DNA of 63,235 nucleotides, the filler included, from Octopus bimaculoides (lineage: Eukaryota): NCBI RefSeq assembly GCF_001194135.2. It is 10 parts of 9 records of this genome, joined end to end, with 100 filler letters (N's around TTAATTAATTAA, not from the genome) between each part and the next. Parts side by side here need not be neighbours in the genome. Positions count along the whole stretch, not along the records: positions 60,465 to 63,235 come from NW_026373151.1; 9 more parts are not named here. The stretch is one strand, 5' to 3'. The notes under the pieces were generated by a model, which was not told where the DNA came from, ran no database searches, and saw only the letters and a program-made list of their open reading frames with translations. This document shows positions 60,466 to 63,235 of this stretch, piece by piece (position 1 is the first letter of the stretch; every line of letters starts with the position of its first letter). Made by a program: the position numbers and the translations under genes.

Positions 60466-62955
60466 TACATACGTACGCACGTACGTAGATATGTACGTAT
60501 GTACGTTCGTTCGTAGATATGTACGTTCGTACAACGCACGAACATAGATATGTACGTACGTACGTACGTAGATACGTAAGTACGTAGATACGTACGTACC
60601 TACGCAACTACCTTATGTACATACGTACGCACGTACTTAAATATGTACTACGTACGTAAGCACGTATGTAGATATTTACGTACGTAGATATGTACGTACG
60701 AACGTACGTAGAGATGTATATACGTACGTAAGCACGAACGTATGTTAGGACGTACGTACGTACGTACGCACGCACGTACGTAGACATGTACGCAAGTACG
60801 TAGATATGTATGTACGTACGTACGCACGTACGTACGCGCGCGCGTACGTACGCACGAAGGAACGTAGACATGTACGTACGTATGTATGCACGAACGTACG
60901 TAGACATGTACCTACGTACTTACGCACGTACGTAGACATGTACGTACGTACGCACGTACGTAGACATGTACGTACATACGTACGTACGGACGTTTATACG
61001 CACGTGCGTAGATCTGCACGTACGTACGTAGATATGTGCGTACGCACGTACGTATACATGTACGTATGTACACACGCAAAAGTCATATACGTACGTACGT
61101 CTGTGCGTACGCTCGTATGTAGATATGTACTTACGTCCGTCCGGACGTACGTAGATAGGTACGTACGTTTGCACGTACATAGATACTTACGCACGTACGC
61201 ACGAACCTATATAGATACATACGAACGTATATAGATACGTACGAAGGTATGTACGTGCGCATGTATGTAGATATGTACGTACGCACGCATGTAGATATGT
61301 ACGTACGCTCGTATGTAGAGATGTTCGTACGCATGCACGTAGATATGTACGTACGAACGTATGTAGATATATACTTACGAACGCACGTATTTAGATATGT
61401 AGGTATGTACGCACGCACATACGTATTTATGTAAATAAGTACGCACGTACGTAGATATGTACGTACGCACGTAGATATGTACGTAGACATGTACGTACGT
61501 ACGAACGTAAGTAGAGATGTATATACGTACGTAAGCACGAACGTATGTAAGGACGTACGTACGTACGTAGACATGTACGATCGTACGTAGACAAGTACGC
61601 AAGTACGTAGACATGTATGTACGTACGTACGCACGCACGTACGTACCTACGCATGTACGTAGACGTACGTACGTACGTAATTACGCACGCACGCACGCAC
61701 GCACGTAGATATGTACGTAAGTACGTACGCTCGTAGATATATACATCCGGAAGTACGTAGATATGTTTGTACGTATATATGTACGTACGAACGCACGTAC
61801 GTAGATATGTTCGTACGCACGTACATAGATATGTTCATACGTATATATGTACGTACGTATATATGTACGTACGTATATATGTACTTACGTACGCACGTAC
61901 GAACGTATGTACGTACGTACTCGCGCACGTAGATATGTACGTACGTACGTATGTAGATACGCACGTAGACTCGTACGCAGACACGTACATACGTAGACAC
62001 GTACGTACATAGATATGCACGTACGTAGATATGCACGTACGTAGATATATACGTACGGACGTTTGTATGGACGTACGTACGTACGCACGCACGCACATAC
62101 GTAGACATGTACGTACGTACATACGCACCCTCGTAGACATGTACGTACGCACTTACGTAGATATGTACGTACGTCTGTACGTAAGCACGTATATATGTAC
62201 GTAGGAAGGTACGTACGTACGCACGAACCTATGTATATACGTACGCACGTAGATACGTACAAAGGTATGTACGTGCGCACGTATGTAGATACATACGTAC
62301 GCACGCATGTATATATGTACGTTCTTACGCAAGTATGTAGATATGTACGTACGCACGCACGTACGTAGTTATGTACGTACGCACGCACGTACGTACGCAC
62401 GCACATACGTATATATGTACGTACGTAGATATGTACTTACGTACGTACGCATGTACGTAGACATGTATGTACGTACGCACCCACGTAGACACGTAGGCCC
62501 GTACGTAGACACGTACGTAAACATGTACGTACTTCCGCAGTACGTACGTAGGCACCTATGTAGATACGTACGCACGCACGTAGATATGTACGTATGTACG
62601 CATGTATGTAGATATCTACGTACTTACGCACCCACATACGTATTTATGTACGTACGTACGTACGCATGTACGTAGATATGTACGTTCGTACCTACGTTCG
62701 CAGATATGTACGTGTCTACGTATGTATGTAGATATGTACGTTCGTACGTACGTACGCACGTACGTACGTACGTACGCACGCCCGTACGCACGCCCGTAGA
62801 TATCCACGTACGCAGATAGTTACGTACTCACCACTTAGACATGTACGTACGTAGACATATACGTACGCACGAACGTACGTAAACATGTAGACACGTACGT
62901 ACGTACGTAGACATGTACGCAGGTACGTAGACATGTATGCACGTACGTACTTACA
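60466..62955. repeat. 2.5-kb TACG-based CpG-rich satellite with higher-order structure
   Basis: Dense tacg/cacg/tatg units with recurrent gtagatatgtacg; longer blocks recur (60680 vs 61495, 61197 vs 62219). Confidence 0.95.
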
Positions 62956-63235
62956 TGTCTCTCCCCTCCCCTCCCCTTCTGCTCCGACCCCTTTTTCTTT
63001 GTACGTCTGTTCACCTCTCTTCACTCCTACTTCTCTTCCCACTTCTCTTCATCCCCTACACTTTCTCTCCTCTCTCTCACTCTATTCTCTCGTATTCCCC
63101 CCCTCTCTCACTCTCTTCTCCCCCCATACCAACCTTCCCTCTCCCATACCCACCTTCCCCCTTCATCGTCAACATCCCCTCATAAGCTCATCCCACTCGA
63201 CCCCATCCAATTCCTTACACCCACCCCTACCCACA
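62956..63235. repeat. Pyrimidine-rich low-complexity tract
   Basis: Strongly C/T-biased with almost no G. Confidence 0.75.

Overview
Eukaryotic (metazoan) genomic DNA from a fragmented assembly: AT-rich, full of microsatellites, with many N gaps. Nine of the gaps are synthetic 100-bp joiners (44 N + TTAATTAATTAA + 44 N). The three recurring tRNA-derived SINE families and the RTE 3' ends resemble repeats I associate with octopus, so a coleoid cephalopod is my inference; it is not proven. The only well-supported host gene is a pair of + strand ankyrin-repeat coding exons (54363-54514 and 60134-60293) that splice together in phase. The rest is mostly mobile-element debris: SINEs (called A, B and C here), RTE LINEs, restriction-like-endonuclease (R4/Dong/NeSL-type) LINE ends, Penelope-like elements (PLE), Tc1/mariner derivatives and a non-autonomous Helitron. 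There are also two long hairpins and a 2.5-kb TACG-based satellite. Almost all ORF-track entries are microsatellite or N-run artefacts. I found no prokaryotic-type system and no CRISPR array. The most interesting observations: (1) a TSD-bounded PLE with inverted termini carrying a hammerhead-ribozyme core and a tRNA-like module; (2) further non-coding repeats with hammerhead-like motifs; (3) repeated tail-to-tail pairing of Dong-like LINE ends with SINE-A (ATT)n tails; (4) a 380-bp near-perfect palindrome; (5) inverted RTE copies flanking an ankyrin exon. All family assignments are by-eye motif recognition with no database search, and repeat boundaries are approximate unless TSD or TIR coordinates are given.
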